A stretch of 64,000 bases of DNA from positions 194,962 to 258,961 of the forward strand of contig CAZBAM010000001.1 of the NCBI GenBank assembly GCA_964490215.1, read 5' to 3'. The position numbers and the translations under genes were made by a program. Below the pieces are notes generated by a model. The model searched no databases, was not told the DNA's origin, and was given only the letters and a program-made list of their open reading frames with translations. The DNA is from Candidatus Micrarchaeota archaeon. Its GTDB lineage: Archaea; Micrarchaeota; Micrarchaeia; Anstonellales; Bilamarchaeaceae. Shown one piece after another: positions 54,361-64,000 of this stretch; the stretch's first letter is position 1, and every line of letters starts with the position of its first letter.

Positions 54361-56259
54361 CTACATCCTTTCCGGGCAGTCAATCCCGAGCAGGCCGAGC
54401 CCGTTCCTTATGACGATGCCGGTGGCGAGCGTTATCGCGAGCCTGGTGGAGCGCGTGTCCGCGTCCTCCGCGCCCAGCACGGGCGACGAGCCGTAGAACG
54501 CAGTGAAATCGGCCGCGACCTCAAGGACGTACTGGGCGACGTGGTGCGGGGCCAGGTCACGCGAGCTGCGGGAGACCAGTTCGTTGAGCATCGCGAGCTT
54601 TTTGAGGAGCTGCTTCTCAGACTCGTTGAACGACTCGCTCCTGATTTCCGCCTTGGCGCCCTGTTCCTTCGCCTTGGCGAGTATGCCGTTGGTGCGGACG
54701 CAGGCGTATTGGACGTACGGGCCCGAGTTGCCCTCCATGCTCAGCGCCTCGCCCCACCTGAACGTTATGCGCTTTTCCGAACTCGTGCGCAGCAAGGAGA
54801 ACTTTATAGCGCCGACGCCGACTGCGCGCGCGATTTTCCGCTTCTCAGCCTCGGGAACGTCCACCTTTATCTTCTCCATGACGCGGGTTTCGGCCTCGGC
54901 CAGGAGCTCGTCAGCTGTGAAACCGACCCATGTGCCCTTGCGCCCGGAGAACTTCTCGTCCGGCAGCCCCACGTGCTCGTAGGAAAGGTGCTGGAGCCCT
55001 GCGGCCTCCTTTTCCATCTTCAGCCTGCGGAAAACCTCTGCAATCACGCGCTGGGGGTATTTCTGCTCCACGCCGATTACGTTTATCACGCGGGTGGCGC
55101 CGCCGAAACCCATTTCTTTTGCCGCAGGGCCGGCTGCCGGCGCGGAAACCGTCTTGTATGAAGTCTTCCCGTCCGGCTGCTTTATGAACGGCTCGTAGCG
55201 GAACCGGCTCTTCAGCTTCCCGAACTTCCACAGGTGGAATATCACGTCCTTGCCGGTATAGACTGCAGTGCCGTCGCTGCGGATGAGCACCTTGTCAGGG
55301 TTCTCCATCTTCCCGAACTCCTTCTCAAATTCGTCGCCGAGCTTCACAACCCAGCAGCCCGCGTTCTTCCCTTCGGCCTCCAGCACGACCGCGTCGTTGT
55401 CCTCTATCAGCCCGCGCCCTTCACCGAAAATCGTGCGCATGATGTCGCTCTCAAACACGAGCACGTCGTGGTGCACGCCGAACGCGAATGCCGTCTCGTA
55501 CTGCGCGCGGACGCATTTCTCGGCCAGGTCCCTGCCGGCCCTGGCGATTTCGGTATCGCCACCTTCCATGGCCTTGAGGGTGTCGCGCACGCCCTCCACG
55601 ACGGATTTGTCCTCCTCAAATTTCTTCGCTATGCCCACGTACTGGTGGCCGAGCCAGGAATCAAACTTGCCCTGCGGATTGGAGTCGTAATTGAGGAAGC
55701 CCCACAGGCTCTGGGCGACCTGGAGGCCGAGGTCGTCTATGTAATTCATGCGCTCCACAGGATAGCCGTCTGCCTCCAGTATGCGCGCCACGGACTCTCC
55801 GAGCACAGCGTTGCGCAGGTGGCCTATGTGCCACGGCTTGTTCGGGTTCACGGACGGGAATTCCATTATCGTCTTGCCCTTTTTCGCCCTGCCCGTGCCG
55901 TATTTGCCCTTTTTCGCCAGCACGTCGGCAAGGAGCCTCGCGTACGCCTTCCCGCTGAGATGGAAGTTTATGTACGGGCCTGCGGCCTCCACCTTTTCCA
56001 CCAGGGCGCTCCTGGCGAGCTTTGCCGTTATCGCCGCAGCCAGCTTCGCCGGGTTCTCGTTCTTCTCCTTGTCGCCTTCGGCAATCCGAAGGCGGGCATG
56101 CTCGCGGTCTGCAGACCGCGACATCGCGAGGACGAACGCGAGCCTGCTGGACAGGTCGCCTATCCGGCCCGGCTCCAGCGACGCGAACGCGTCTTCTTTG
56201 CTGGCACCGCTCGCAGTCGCAAGCAGCGCAGCTATCTCTTCCTTTATGTCGTCAATCAT
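54361..56259 (-). CDS. argS: arginyl-tRNA synthetase
   Basis: class I HIGH motif PNKPWHIGHLRN, anticodon-binding C-terminal domain; 632 aa. Confidence 0.9.
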   Translation of the reverse strand: MIDDIKEEIAALLATASGASKEDAFASLEPGRIGDLSSRLAFVLAMSRSADREHARLRIAEGDKEKNENPAKLAAAITAKLARSALVEKVEAAGPYINFHLSGKAYARLLADVLAKKGKYGTGRAKKGKTIMEFPSVNPNKPWHIGHLRNAVLGESVARILEADGYPVERMNYIDDLGLQVAQSLWGFLNYDSNPQGKFDSWLGHQYVGIAKKFEEDKSVVEGVRDTLKAMEGGDTEIARAGRDLAEKCVRAQYETAFAFGVHHDVLVFESDIMRTIFGEGRGLIEDNDAVVLEAEGKNAGCWVVKLGDEFEKEFGKMENPDKVLIRSDGTAVYTGKDVIFHLWKFGKLKSRFRYEPFIKQPDGKTSYKTVSAPAAGPAAKEMGFGGATRVINVIGVEQKYPQRVIAEVFRRLKMEKEAAGLQHLSYEHVGLPDEKFSGRKGTWVGFTADELLAEAETRVMEKIKVDVPEAEKRKIARAVGVGAIKFSLLRTSSEKRITFRWGEALSMEGNSGPYVQYACVRTNGILAKAKEQGAKAEIRSESFNESEKQLLKKLAMLNELVSRSSRDLAPHHVAQYVLEVAADFTAFYGSSPVLGAEDADTRSTRLAITLATGIVIRNGLGLLGIDCPERM

Positions 56260-56270
56260 AAGAAAACCCG

Positions 56271-59216
56271 TCAGCCGGTGCCCTTGTCGTACGCTTCCCT
56301 GAGGTTCTCCACCGGCTCGTTTATGAGGGGCTGGCCCTGGAACTTGAGTATCACGCGCCTGTCACCGCGCACCCTGCCTGCCTTCGCGAACGCGGTCCCT
56401 TTCATCGCGCGCTCAAACTTCTCAGCGTTCCCGGGCGGGACGCTGACCACGAACCTGCCGGCGCTCTCCCCGAACAGCAATGCGTCTGCCTTGTCCGTGC
56501 CGGCTGGGATTGCGTCCAGGTCAAGCTCGGCCCCCAGGCCGAAGCCGAGTGCGCACTCGGCGAACGCCACGGCGAGGCCGCCGTCCGAGACGTCGTGGAC
56601 CGACGCGGCAAGCCCTTCCTCCATCGCAGCCGAAAGCGCCTTGTAGAGCGGGACGTGCTCATCAGGATGGGTGGCCGGCGCGCTGTTGCCGGTCCCGTTG
56701 AAAAGCCTGTAGAACTGGCTGCCGCCAAGCTCGTCCCTGGTGGTGCCGAGCAGGTATATCACGTCGCCCGGGTTCTTGAATTCCGAGCTGGCCGCCAGGT
56801 GTATGGAATCCATCTTGCCCACCACGGTGACCAGGACGGTCGGCTTGATTGAGTATTTCGTGTCGCCGGCGTAGTAGTCGTTCTTCATGCTGTCCTTGCC
56901 AGAGATGAACGGGATGCCGTAGCTGGTGGCCGAGTCGTACAGCCCCAGGCAGGCGCGCACCAGCGCGCCCAGCTTCTGCTCGCCGTCCGGCGTCTTCGCG
57001 GACTTTATGGGGTCGGGCCAGCAGAAGTTGTCCAGCGCGGCCAGGTAGCCGAACTTCGCGCCCACTGCCAGCGCGTTCCTGACCGCCTCGTCAAAAGCGA
57101 GGCACGCCAGTGCATAGCCGTCCTGGACGTAGCGCGGGCAGATGCCGTGCGCCACGACCAGCCCTTCCTCGGACCCGAACAGCGGCCTGAGCACTGCGCC
57201 GTCCGACGGCCCGGGCATGGCCGGCTTTATCACGCTCATGCCCTTGACCTCGTGGTCGTAGCGCCTGACGACGCTTTCCTTGGTGGTTATGTCCGGCGAC
57301 GACAGGAGGCGCTTCAGCACATCGCCCGGCTCAAACGGCGGGATTACCGGCTCCGGGTGGAGCAGCGGCTTCCAGGACGCCCTCAGCTTCATCTGCGGCA
57401 CGCCGTCATGCAGGAAGTGCATGTCAAGGTATGCGACGGTCTGGTCCTTGTAGAGCGCGTGGAAGCGCCTGTTTTTCGTGAACCTGCCGACCACAGTGGC
57501 TTCCACGTCGTGCACCCTGGCCAGGGCCATGAGCCTGTCCAGGTTCTCCGGCTTCACCGCGAGCGTCATGCGCTCCTGCGATTCGGAGAGCAGTATCTCC
57601 CAGGGCTCAAGGCCGGCGTATTTCAGCGGGCACTTGTCCAGCCATATCTCGCATCCGCCGCTGAGCTGGGCCAGCTCGCCCACGCTGGAGGACAGGCCGC
57701 CGGCGCCGTTGTCCGTGATCGCCTCGTAGAGGCACGCGTCCCTCGCCTCAAGCGTGAAATCAAGCGTCTTCTTCTGGGTTATGGGGTCGCCTATCTGGAC
57801 CACGCTCTGCGGGACCGAGGCGTCCATCTGCATGGACGAGAAGGTCGCCCCGTGTATGCCGTCCTTGCCTATCCTGCCGCCCACCATGACCGCCAGGTAG
57901 CCGGGCTCTATGGCCTTGTCGCAGGTGCGCCTTCCGCCAAGCAGCGACGGCATGATGCCGACGGTGCCGCAATAGACCAGCGGCCTGCAGGTGTATGCCC
58001 TGTCAAACAGTATGGAGCCGTTCACGGTCGGTATGCCCATCTTGTTGCCGCCGTGCTCTATGCCGCGCACCACGCCGTCGTATATCGTCTTCGGGTGGAG
58101 CACGCCCTTGGGCACTTCGCCCTGCGGCGTGTCCTGATACCCGAAACACAGGACGTCCAGGTTCGCGATGGGATTGGCGCCAAGCCCGGTGCCCAGGACG
58201 TCCCTCTGGACCCCCAGGATGCCGGTGAGGGCGCCCCCGTACGGGTCAAGGGCGGACGGCGCGTTGTGCGTCTCCACCTTGACCGCGATGTCGTACTCGT
58301 GGTTGAACTTTATGATGCCGCCGTTGTCCTTGAACACGCTGACCACGTACGGCTTCTTGACCTGCTCCGTGGCCGCCTTTATGAAAGTCCTGAAGAGCGA
58401 GTTTATGGCGTGCGATTCGCCGTTCTCCTCGTAGCTTATGCGCGCGTTGAATATCTTGTGCTTGCAGTGCTCGCTCCAGGTCTGGGCGATGCATTCAAGC
58501 TCCACGTCGGTTATCTTGTTGTCCAGCCCGACCTTCCTGCGCGCCTCCACCACCCGCTCGTTCCTGAAATACTGCTTTATGGCCGCGAACTCATCGGGGC
58601 TGAGGGCGAGCAGGCGCTCCTTTGCGAGCGCCTCGGACCGCGCCTCGCTCATGTGCAGGCTTATCCGCTGCACCGACGGCTCGCCGGATATGCTGACTTT
58701 GGGGATATACGGGGGCGGGTCGGTGCCGGGCCGGTAGATGTGGTATTTTTCCACGAGGGGGTTGTGCAGCATGGCTGCGACGCGCGCGCAGAGCTCCAGG
58801 CTCACGGCGCCGGCGAGCACGTACACGCGGCAGTAATATACGTCAACGTCCCGGCCGAGCCGGTCCCTGATGGCTGCCGAGGCGGTCCTGCCGACGTTGT
58901 CCGTGACGCCCGGCAGCAGGCCTATCTCTATGCGCCAGGCGTCCCTGAAAAGGGGCTCACTGGATGAGCATTGCTGCGCCACCGGGTCGCAGAAGACTTC
59001 GGAAGCTATGGCCGCCAGGTCCGCGTCAGGCAGCTTCACGCCGAGGTTGTATGCCTCCACGAACCTGCACCGCACCGCAGCGCCGCAGGACGCCCTGATG
59101 CGTTCCGCGAGCTGGTCGCCCTGGACGTCCCTGAGCCCCTCCCGCACGGATATCTCCAAACGCTGCTCCATCGCCATCAGCTCCATATGGCAAATCAAGG
59201 GTTTTATTGCTATCAT
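56271..59216 (-). CDS. purL: phosphoribosylformylglycinamidine synthase PurL with two N-terminal PurS-like domains (PurS-PurS-PurL fusion)
   Basis: PurL core from ~residue 225 (WSEHCKHKIF...), 981 aa versus ~730 for stand-alone archaeal PurL; N-terminus has two PurS-like ~80-aa units (GLRDVQGDQLAERI..., GVTDNVGRTASAAIRDRLG...). Confidence 0.8.
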   Translation of the reverse strand: MIAIKPLICHMELMAMEQRLEISVREGLRDVQGDQLAERIRASCGAAVRCRFVEAYNLGVKLPDADLAAIASEVFCDPVAQQCSSSEPLFRDAWRIEIGLLPGVTDNVGRTASAAIRDRLGRDVDVYYCRVYVLAGAVSLELCARVAAMLHNPLVEKYHIYRPGTDPPPYIPKVSISGEPSVQRISLHMSEARSEALAKERLLALSPDEFAAIKQYFRNERVVEARRKVGLDNKITDVELECIAQTWSEHCKHKIFNARISYEENGESHAINSLFRTFIKAATEQVKKPYVVSVFKDNGGIIKFNHEYDIAVKVETHNAPSALDPYGGALTGILGVQRDVLGTGLGANPIANLDVLCFGYQDTPQGEVPKGVLHPKTIYDGVVRGIEHGGNKMGIPTVNGSILFDRAYTCRPLVYCGTVGIMPSLLGGRRTCDKAIEPGYLAVMVGGRIGKDGIHGATFSSMQMDASVPQSVVQIGDPITQKKTLDFTLEARDACLYEAITDNGAGGLSSSVGELAQLSGGCEIWLDKCPLKYAGLEPWEILLSESQERMTLAVKPENLDRLMALARVHDVEATVVGRFTKNRRFHALYKDQTVAYLDMHFLHDGVPQMKLRASWKPLLHPEPVIPPFEPGDVLKRLLSSPDITTKESVVRRYDHEVKGMSVIKPAMPGPSDGAVLRPLFGSEEGLVVAHGICPRYVQDGYALACLAFDEAVRNALAVGAKFGYLAALDNFCWPDPIKSAKTPDGEQKLGALVRACLGLYDSATSYGIPFISGKDSMKNDYYAGDTKYSIKPTVLVTVVGKMDSIHLAASSEFKNPGDVIYLLGTTRDELGGSQFYRLFNGTGNSAPATHPDEHVPLYKALSAAMEEGLAASVHDVSDGGLAVAFAECALGFGLGAELDLDAIPAGTDKADALLFGESAGRFVVSVPPGNAEKFERAMKGTAFAKAGRVRGDRRVILKFQGQPLINEPVENLREAYDKGTG

Positions 59217-59223
59217 TTGACGC

Positions 59224-62200
59224 TCATTTCAGCTCCACATAGACAGCCACGATGTTGCTGGTGCCGGTGTAGTTGCCAAGGGTGAACGGCACCTGGCCCA
59301 GGTAATCGTAGGTGCCGTAAACGTCGCTGGCGCTCGCATTCGCCTTCACCACCCAGACGGTCGTCTGGTTGTAGGCGTTGCTGTACTGGGTGCCGACGCC
59401 GGTCGTGTCCCACAGTATGCCGGTGCGGAACGTCGTGTTCGTCGCAGTGGAGTTGGCTATGGGCACGAAGTCTATCGCCCTGCCGAACACCGTGTAGTTT
59501 TCCGTCTGCCTCGGGGTGCTGTTGTCAATGGAATACGTCTTGTTGATGTTGTCCTGGTAGGAGGTGGTGTTGAATGCCACGTCAAGCTCAACGAAATCGT
59601 TCGTCGTAGTGCCGTTTGACGTGTTCCTGCCGATGGCCTGGAGCTGGGACCAGTGTATGTTTGAATCGTAGTCTGCCATGTAGACGTTGAGCGCGGAGCC
59701 GTTCCAGGAGTAGGCATAGGGCGTGGAGTTGGTGCCGCCAAGGAATATGGTCCTGTTGACGTTCCCGAATATGCGCGTCCACATGGACGTGCATGCGAAC
59801 TCGCAGCCGAGGTGGCCGTTCTCGGTCCAGCCCGCGAACGAGTCGCACGAGTCCAGCGTGCCGTTGTTCCGCACGCCGAGGTTCTGGACGTCAAGGACGG
59901 AGTTGTAGCAGGCGCGGTTGGAGGTAGTGTTGGTGCTGTTGCTGGCGGAGTCAAGCCGCAGGCCGGTGTTGGTATTGTTGGTGATGTTGTTGCGGGTGAA
60001 GTTGTTGAGGGTGGAGTTGATGACGTACACGCCGTAGGCGTTGAGGAAGACCAGGTTGCTGATGAAGGTGTTGTTGTCCGAACGCGAAGTCAGGAAGATG
60101 CCACTGGCAGTGTTGTTGTAGGCGGAATTGTTGGTGTAGCTGTTGTTGGAACTGGAGTTAAGGTAGAAGCCGTAGCGGGGGTTGTCGTAGGCGGAGTTGT
60201 TGGCGAGGGTGTTGTTGTTGGAGTTGGTGACGAAAAAGCCATCATAGATGCTGTTGTAGGCGCTGTTGCTGGTGAGGTTGTTGCTGCTGGAGTAGCTGAT
60301 GTTGAAGCCGCTGAGGGAGTTGTTGTATGCGAGGTTGCCGGTGAAGTTGTTGTCTGAGCTGGAGGCGAGCAGGAAGCCGTTGTATGTATTGTTGTAGGCC
60401 GAATTGTTGGCGATGCTGATTCGGGAAACGTAGCCGAGGTTGAAGCCGTGCTGGAGGTTGTTGTAGGCGGTGTTGTTGGTGAGGGTGTTGTCGTTTGAAG
60501 CGAGGTTGAAGCCATGCTGGGAGTTGTTGTAGGCTGTATTGTTGGCGAGGGTGTTGTTGGAGCCGGATGACAGGATGAAGCCATCCGCGGAATTACTGTA
60601 GACGGTGTTGTTGGTGAGGGTGTTGTTGTAGCTGGAATAGAGGTAGAATCCCTGGGAATTGTTATATGCGGTGTTGTTGGCCAGGAGGTTGTATCCTGAA
60701 GTCTCAAGGTCGAAGCCGACGGAGGTGTTGTAGGCGGTGTTGTTGGTGATGTTGTTGCTGTTGCTGTGGTAGATGTAGAAGGCCGGGTGGCCGTTGTCAT
60801 GCACGATGTTGCCCTCAAGGCGGTTGTTGGGGCTGGACACGAGGTAGATCACCGGGTCATAGGTATTGTAGGCGAAGTTGTAGGTAATGTTGCTGTTGGA
60901 GCCGGAGAAAAGGCAGATGGCTGACTGTAGGTTGTCGAAGGTAGTGTTGCTGAGGTTGATATTGCCGTCAACGCTGTTGTTGCTGATGAGATTGCCGGAA
61001 CTGAGGTTCGTGGCGATGCCGCACAGGGTGCTGTTGAAGACAAGGTTGTTGAGGAACTGGCTGTAGTTGGACTGGTAGGCGTAGATGCCGTAGCTGTAGT
61101 AGGATATGTTGGAGCAGTTCCTCACCGTGACGTTGGTGAGGGAGCCGTTGAGCACGATGCCATAGGTCGTGCCTGCGGTGCCGTTGTTTGTGATGCTGAA
61201 GCCGGCGCAGTCAAATATGACGTTGGATGCAGCTATCTTGACGCACGCCGTGTCAGTCAGCGGCGATGCGTCGTTGGGCGCGCCGGTGTAGTTGCCTGGC
61301 TGGGTGTAGGTGCCGCTGGAGGGTATGACGGGACAGTTGGAAACGTTTACCTGGATGGTGACGTTGTTGGAGCTGTTGGTCGGGCCGACCAGCCATGCGG
61401 ACAGCGGCGTCACCGTGCACTGCCAGGTGTCGCCCACATGGAGCTCCTGGGAGACCATGACCGGGCTGTTGTTGAAGAGCAGGCTTATCTGCGCCGCGGA
61501 CAGGGCCCGCGGATAGACCTGGATTTCGCCTACCGAACCGTTGAGCGGATATGAAGCGTTGGCAAGGGCTCCTATGTAAAGCGGGCCGTTGATTGTCGTG
61601 TTCAGGCCGGTCCAGCTGACGTTCTCGGTCACCTGCTCCACTGCCGTGTTGTTCCAGGACTGGTTGCTGAATACTGCGCTCCAGATTGCCTGTGCCATGA
61701 CCCGGGCACCGGCCTGGTTTGGATGAAGGGCGTCGGGGTAGGAGTAAAGCGGGTTAAAGCTGCAGTTGTCAGCCGCGACAAGCGGCGTCCAGGTGTCCAC
61801 GAACGGGATGCTGTTGTTGGTGGTGAAATTCCTCAGCCAGGCGTTCACTTCCTTTATTTCCGTACAGTACGGGTTATAGGGCGTGATTGTCATCATTATC
61901 ATGTGGTCGGTCTTGTTGACTGAGCGGTTGTACAGCTGCTGGAGGTTGGATTCCACCTCGGATGCGTTATCGCCCAGGACGAGGTCTACCACGCCGCACA
62001 TGGATATGACCGAGGAGCCGTTGGGGACCTCGCTGCCATACAGGTCGTATGAGCCAGGGAAGCGTGCTGACGGCCCCAGAAGGTCGTCGCAAATTAGTGC
62101 GCCCCATCCCTTGTTGTAGTGGAACGGCTCGTATCCTCCCTGGACCAGGGGCGTCTTGTTCATGCTCTCTGAACCGGCATATGTCCAAGCATAGTGGTCC

Positions 62201-64000
62201 AGCCAGTACGCATAACTGTATTTCAACCACTCCACATTGCCGCCGTCAAAGCCGTAATCGACAGTGCCGTCGCCGGCGTGCCAGCCCGTCGAATGGCCAT
62301 TGCCCTGGGTGATTGAATCGCCGAGGGTATAAATCGGAGCGTCTGGGAAGGATGGGGTGCCGCCGGAATTGATGAAGATGCGTATGCTTGAGCCGTTGAT
62401 GACGCAGGCGATGGTCTGGTACCTGTTCGGGATTATGGGCGCCTCCTTTGTCCTCACCCATGCGGTTGAGTTGCCGCAATAGACGCGTGACTGGTTGTCC
62501 GATATGAACAGCACGTAGGAGCCGTTCTTGCTGAGAACCTGGGTGTAGTTGTCGTTGAGCCGGTCGTTGCGCATCACTTTCGCTATGAGCGTCACGCTGC
62601 CGGTGATGTTCAATGCGGTGTAGTTGGGGACGCTGATGTAGTCATTCACGCCGTCGAACCTGTAGGCGCTGGTGCCGTTGGGCCCTCCTGACGGGTCCCA
62701 CACCGGGCTGCTCACAACCGTGGCGTTGTTCCGGTATCCGGAATAGTCCAGCAGCGTCTTGTCCACGCTGCTGTTCTTGCCTTCGAACGGCAGGTAGAGG
62801 GCCATGAAGGGCGTGGAATTCCTTGACCAGGACAGGGCGACGTGCGTTACCGTGCCATTGAGCACGTAGTTGCAGGTGAGGTTGTCGGATGAGAGGTTCT
62901 GGGGCGAGGTGGCGTTCAGCGAGATGCTCAGGAGGCCGGGCGCATAGCCGGGGTTGTTCGTCAGGGGCAGGTAGTCGGTCGCATTTCCCACCAGGTATAT
63001 GGTGGCGCCTATCCCGCTTCCGTCATAGGTGTACCCGGCGTAATCGGAGTAGAAGTTCCCTCCTGTGCAGTTGCCCCCTATGATGTTGGTCACGCAGTTC
63101 TTGGTCGTGTTCCAGTAGTTGGCAGCGTCGTCGGTTGCAACTGACTGGGGGGCAAACGCCGTGAAATTATTGTTGTATATCAGGTTGCCTGTTGATGCGG
63201 AGAGAATAATCTGGTAGACCTCGTTGTTGTAAACGGTGTTGCTGGTGATATTGTTGCCGGTGCTGGAGACGAGGTAGAAGCCGTAGCGGGGGTTGTTGTA
63301 GGCGCTGTTGTTGGTGAGGTTGTTGTTGGAGTTGAAGATGACGACAAAGCCATCCTGGGTGTTGTTGTAGGCGCTGTTGCTGGTGAGGTTGTTGCTGCTG
63401 GCGCTGGTGGTGAGGAAGAAGCCGAATAGGTTGTTGTAGGCGCTGTTGTTGGTGAGGTTGTTGTTGGAAGCATAGTAGAGGTAGAAGCCGTAGCGGGGGT
63501 TGTTGTAGGCGGAGTTGTTGGCGAGGGTGGTGTTGTTGGAGTTGGTGACGAAAAAGCCATCATAGGTGCTGTTGTAGGCGCTGTTGTTGGTGAGGCTGCT
63601 GCCTGCGACGTTGTTGATGTGGAAGCCGTCCTGGGTGTTGTTGTAGGCGCTGTTGTTGGTGAGGCTGCTGCCGGAGACGGTGTCGAGGTAGAAGCCGTAG
63701 CGGAGGTTGTCGTAGGCGGAGTTGTTGGTGAGGTTGTTGCCGGAGTTGAAGATGACGACGAAGCCATCCTGGGTGTTGTTGTAGGCGCTGTTGTTGGTGA
63801 GGTTGTTGCTGCTGGCGCTGGTGGTGAGGAAGAAGCCGAATAGGTTGTTGTAGGCGCTGTTGTTGGTGAGGTTGTTGTTGGAAGCATAGTAGAGGTAGAA
63901 GCCGTAGCGGGGGTTGTTGTAGGCGGAGTTGTTGGCGAGGGTGGTGTTGTTGGAGTTGGTGACGAAAAAGCCATCATAGGTGCTGTTGTAGGCGCTGTTG
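59224..64000 (-). CDS. very large N-glycosylation-sequon-rich surface protein: right-handed beta-helix (PbH1) repeats, SGNH/GDSL hydrolase-like and LamG/ConA-like segments; 5' end lies beyond the window
   Basis: reading frame stays open from 63093 to 64000 (no stop; the ORF track begins only at the first GTG); dozens of NNTAYNNSQGF/NNS..NxT beta-helix repeats; GDSITQG ... DALHPNQAG SGNH blocks; GSVGEIQVYPRALSAAQI LamG-like; >120 N-x-S/T sequons. Confidence 0.75.
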   Translation of the reverse strand, partial: NSAYNSTYDGFFVTNSNNTTLANNSAYNNPRYGFYLYYASNNNLTNNSAYNNLFGFFLTTSASSNNLTNNSAYNNTQDGFVVIFNSGNNLTNNSAYDNLRYGFYLDTVSGSSLTNNSAYNNTQDGFHINNVAGSSLTNNSAYNSTYDGFFVTNSNNTTLANNSAYNNPRYGFYLYYASNNNLTNNSAYNNLFGFFLTTSASSNNLTSNSAYNNTQDGFVVIFNSNNNLTNNSAYNNPRYGFYLVSSTGNNITSNTVYNNEVYQIILSASTGNLIYNNNFTAFAPQSVATDDAANYWNTTKNCVTNIIGGNCTGGNFYSDYAGYTYDGSGIGATIYLVGNATDYLPLTNNPGYAPGLLSISLNATSPQNLSSDNLTCNYVLNGTVTHVALSWSRNSTPFMALYLPFEGKNSSVDKTLLDYSGYRNNATVVSSPVWDPSGGPNGTSAYRFDGVNDYISVPNYTALNITGSVTLIAKVMRNDRLNDNYTQVLSKNGSYVLFISDNQSRVYCGNSTAWVRTKEAPIIPNRYQTIACVINGSSIRIFINSGGTPSFPDAPIYTLGDSITQGNGHSTGWHAGDGTVDYGFDGGNVEWLKYSYAYWLDHYAWTYAGSESMNKTPLVQGGYEPFHYNKGWGALICDDLLGPSARFPGSYDLYGSEVPNGSSVISMCGVVDLVLGDNASEVESNLQQLYNRSVNKTDHMIMMTITPYNPYCTEIKEVNAWLRNFTTNNSIPFVDTWTPLVAADNCSFNPLYSYPDALHPNQAGARVMAQAIWSAVFSNQSWNNTAVEQVTENVSWTGLNTTINGPLYIGALANASYPLNGSVGEIQVYPRALSAAQISLLFNNSPVMVSQELHVGDTWQCTVTPLSAWLVGPTNSSNNVTIQVNVSNCPVIPSSGTYTQPGNYTGAPNDASPLTDTACVKIAASNVIFDCAGFSITNNGTAGTTYGIVLNGSLTNVTVRNCSNISYYSYGIYAYQSNYSQFLNNLVFNSTLCGIATNLSSGNLISNNSVDGNINLSNTTFDNLQSAICLFSGSNSNITYNFAYNTYDPVIYLVSSPNNRLEGNIVHDNGHPAFYIYHSNSNNITNNTAYNTSVGFDLETSGYNLLANNTAYNNSQGFYLYSSYNNTLTNNTVYSNSADGFILSSGSNNTLANNTAYNNSQHGFNLASNDNTLTNNTAYNNLQHGFNLGYVSRISIANNSAYNNTYNGFLLASSSDNNFTGNLAYNNSLSGFNISYSSSNNLTSNSAYNSIYDGFFVTNSNNNTLANNSAYDNPRYGFYLNSSSNNSYTNNSAYNNTASGIFLTSRSDNNTFISNLVFLNAYGVYVINSTLNNFTRNNITNNTNTGLRLDSASNSTNTTSNRACYNSVLDVQNLGVRNNGTLDSCDSFAGWTENGHLGCEFACTSMWTRIFGNVNRTIFLGGTNSTPYAYSWNGSALNVYMADYDSNIHWSQLQAIGRNTSNGTTTNDFVELDVAFNTTSYQDNINKTYSIDNSTPRQTENYTVFGRAIDFVPIANSTATNTTFRTGILWDTTGVGTQYSNAYNQTTVWVVKANASASDVYGTYDYLGQVPFTLGNYTGTSNIVAVYVELK

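Noticed and set aside
55234-56646. 470-aa plus ORF over argS/purL junction
   Set aside because: Antisense artefact.
57147-58967. 606-aa plus-strand ORF inside purL
   Set aside because: Antisense artefact; translation is Arg/Leu/Ala/Val junk.
60090-60818. 242-aa Thr/Pro/Ser-rich minus ORF
   Set aside because: Alternate frame of the beta-helix repeat region; the real frame is the NNTAYNNS frame of 59224..
63180-63977. 265-aa Thr/Pro-rich minus ORF at the right edge
   Set aside because: Alternate frame of the same giant beta-helix gene, whose true frame is open through this region without a listed start codon.

Overview
This is a high-GC (about 60% by eye) archaeal chromosomal segment, identified as archaeal by TFB, topoisomerase VI A/B, aIF2-beta, aIF1A, a RIO kinase and an intron-containing tRNA. 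Most of the window is core metabolism and information-processing genes: archease, carbamate kinase, a cPGS-like GTPase, aldehyde dehydrogenase, a class III aminotransferase, geranylgeranyl reductase, PGK, type IA topoisomerase, SAH hydrolase, an MTA/SAH-type deaminase, ArgRS and a PurS-PurS-PurL fusion. The accessory content is (1) a ~1.8-kb AT-rich insertion at the 3' end of tRNA-Asn flanked by an imperfect direct repeat; (2) a tandem triplet of divergent paralogs of an unrecognisable ~290-aa family followed by a HEAT-repeat protein; (3) a cell-envelope/accessory cluster at 24.6-35.5 kb: an 840-aa Cys-rich secreted protein with a lytic-transglycosylase-like (ES...GLMQ...YN) domain, a 1617-aa signal-peptide/TM giant protein, an Arch_ATPase, a secreted PLD/Nuc-like nuclease, a HepT/MNT toxin-antitoxin pair and repeats, with an exact 47-nt direct repeat at 27162 and 35497 bracketing ~8.3 kb of it; (4) an IS200/IS605-family TnpB element with an upstream array of palindromic hairpins and a related inverted structured copy 6 kb away; (5) a PadR-ABC-FtsX-surface-protein operon; (6) a low-GC VapBC-like islet; (7) a >1590-aa N-glycosylation-sequon-rich beta-helix/SGNH/LamG adhesin-like gene that runs off the right edge. 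I could not compute similarity scores or run searches, so family calls rest on motifs I recognise by eye. Many long ORFs in the six-frame track are antisense or alternate-frame artefacts of the GC-rich DNA and were discarded.
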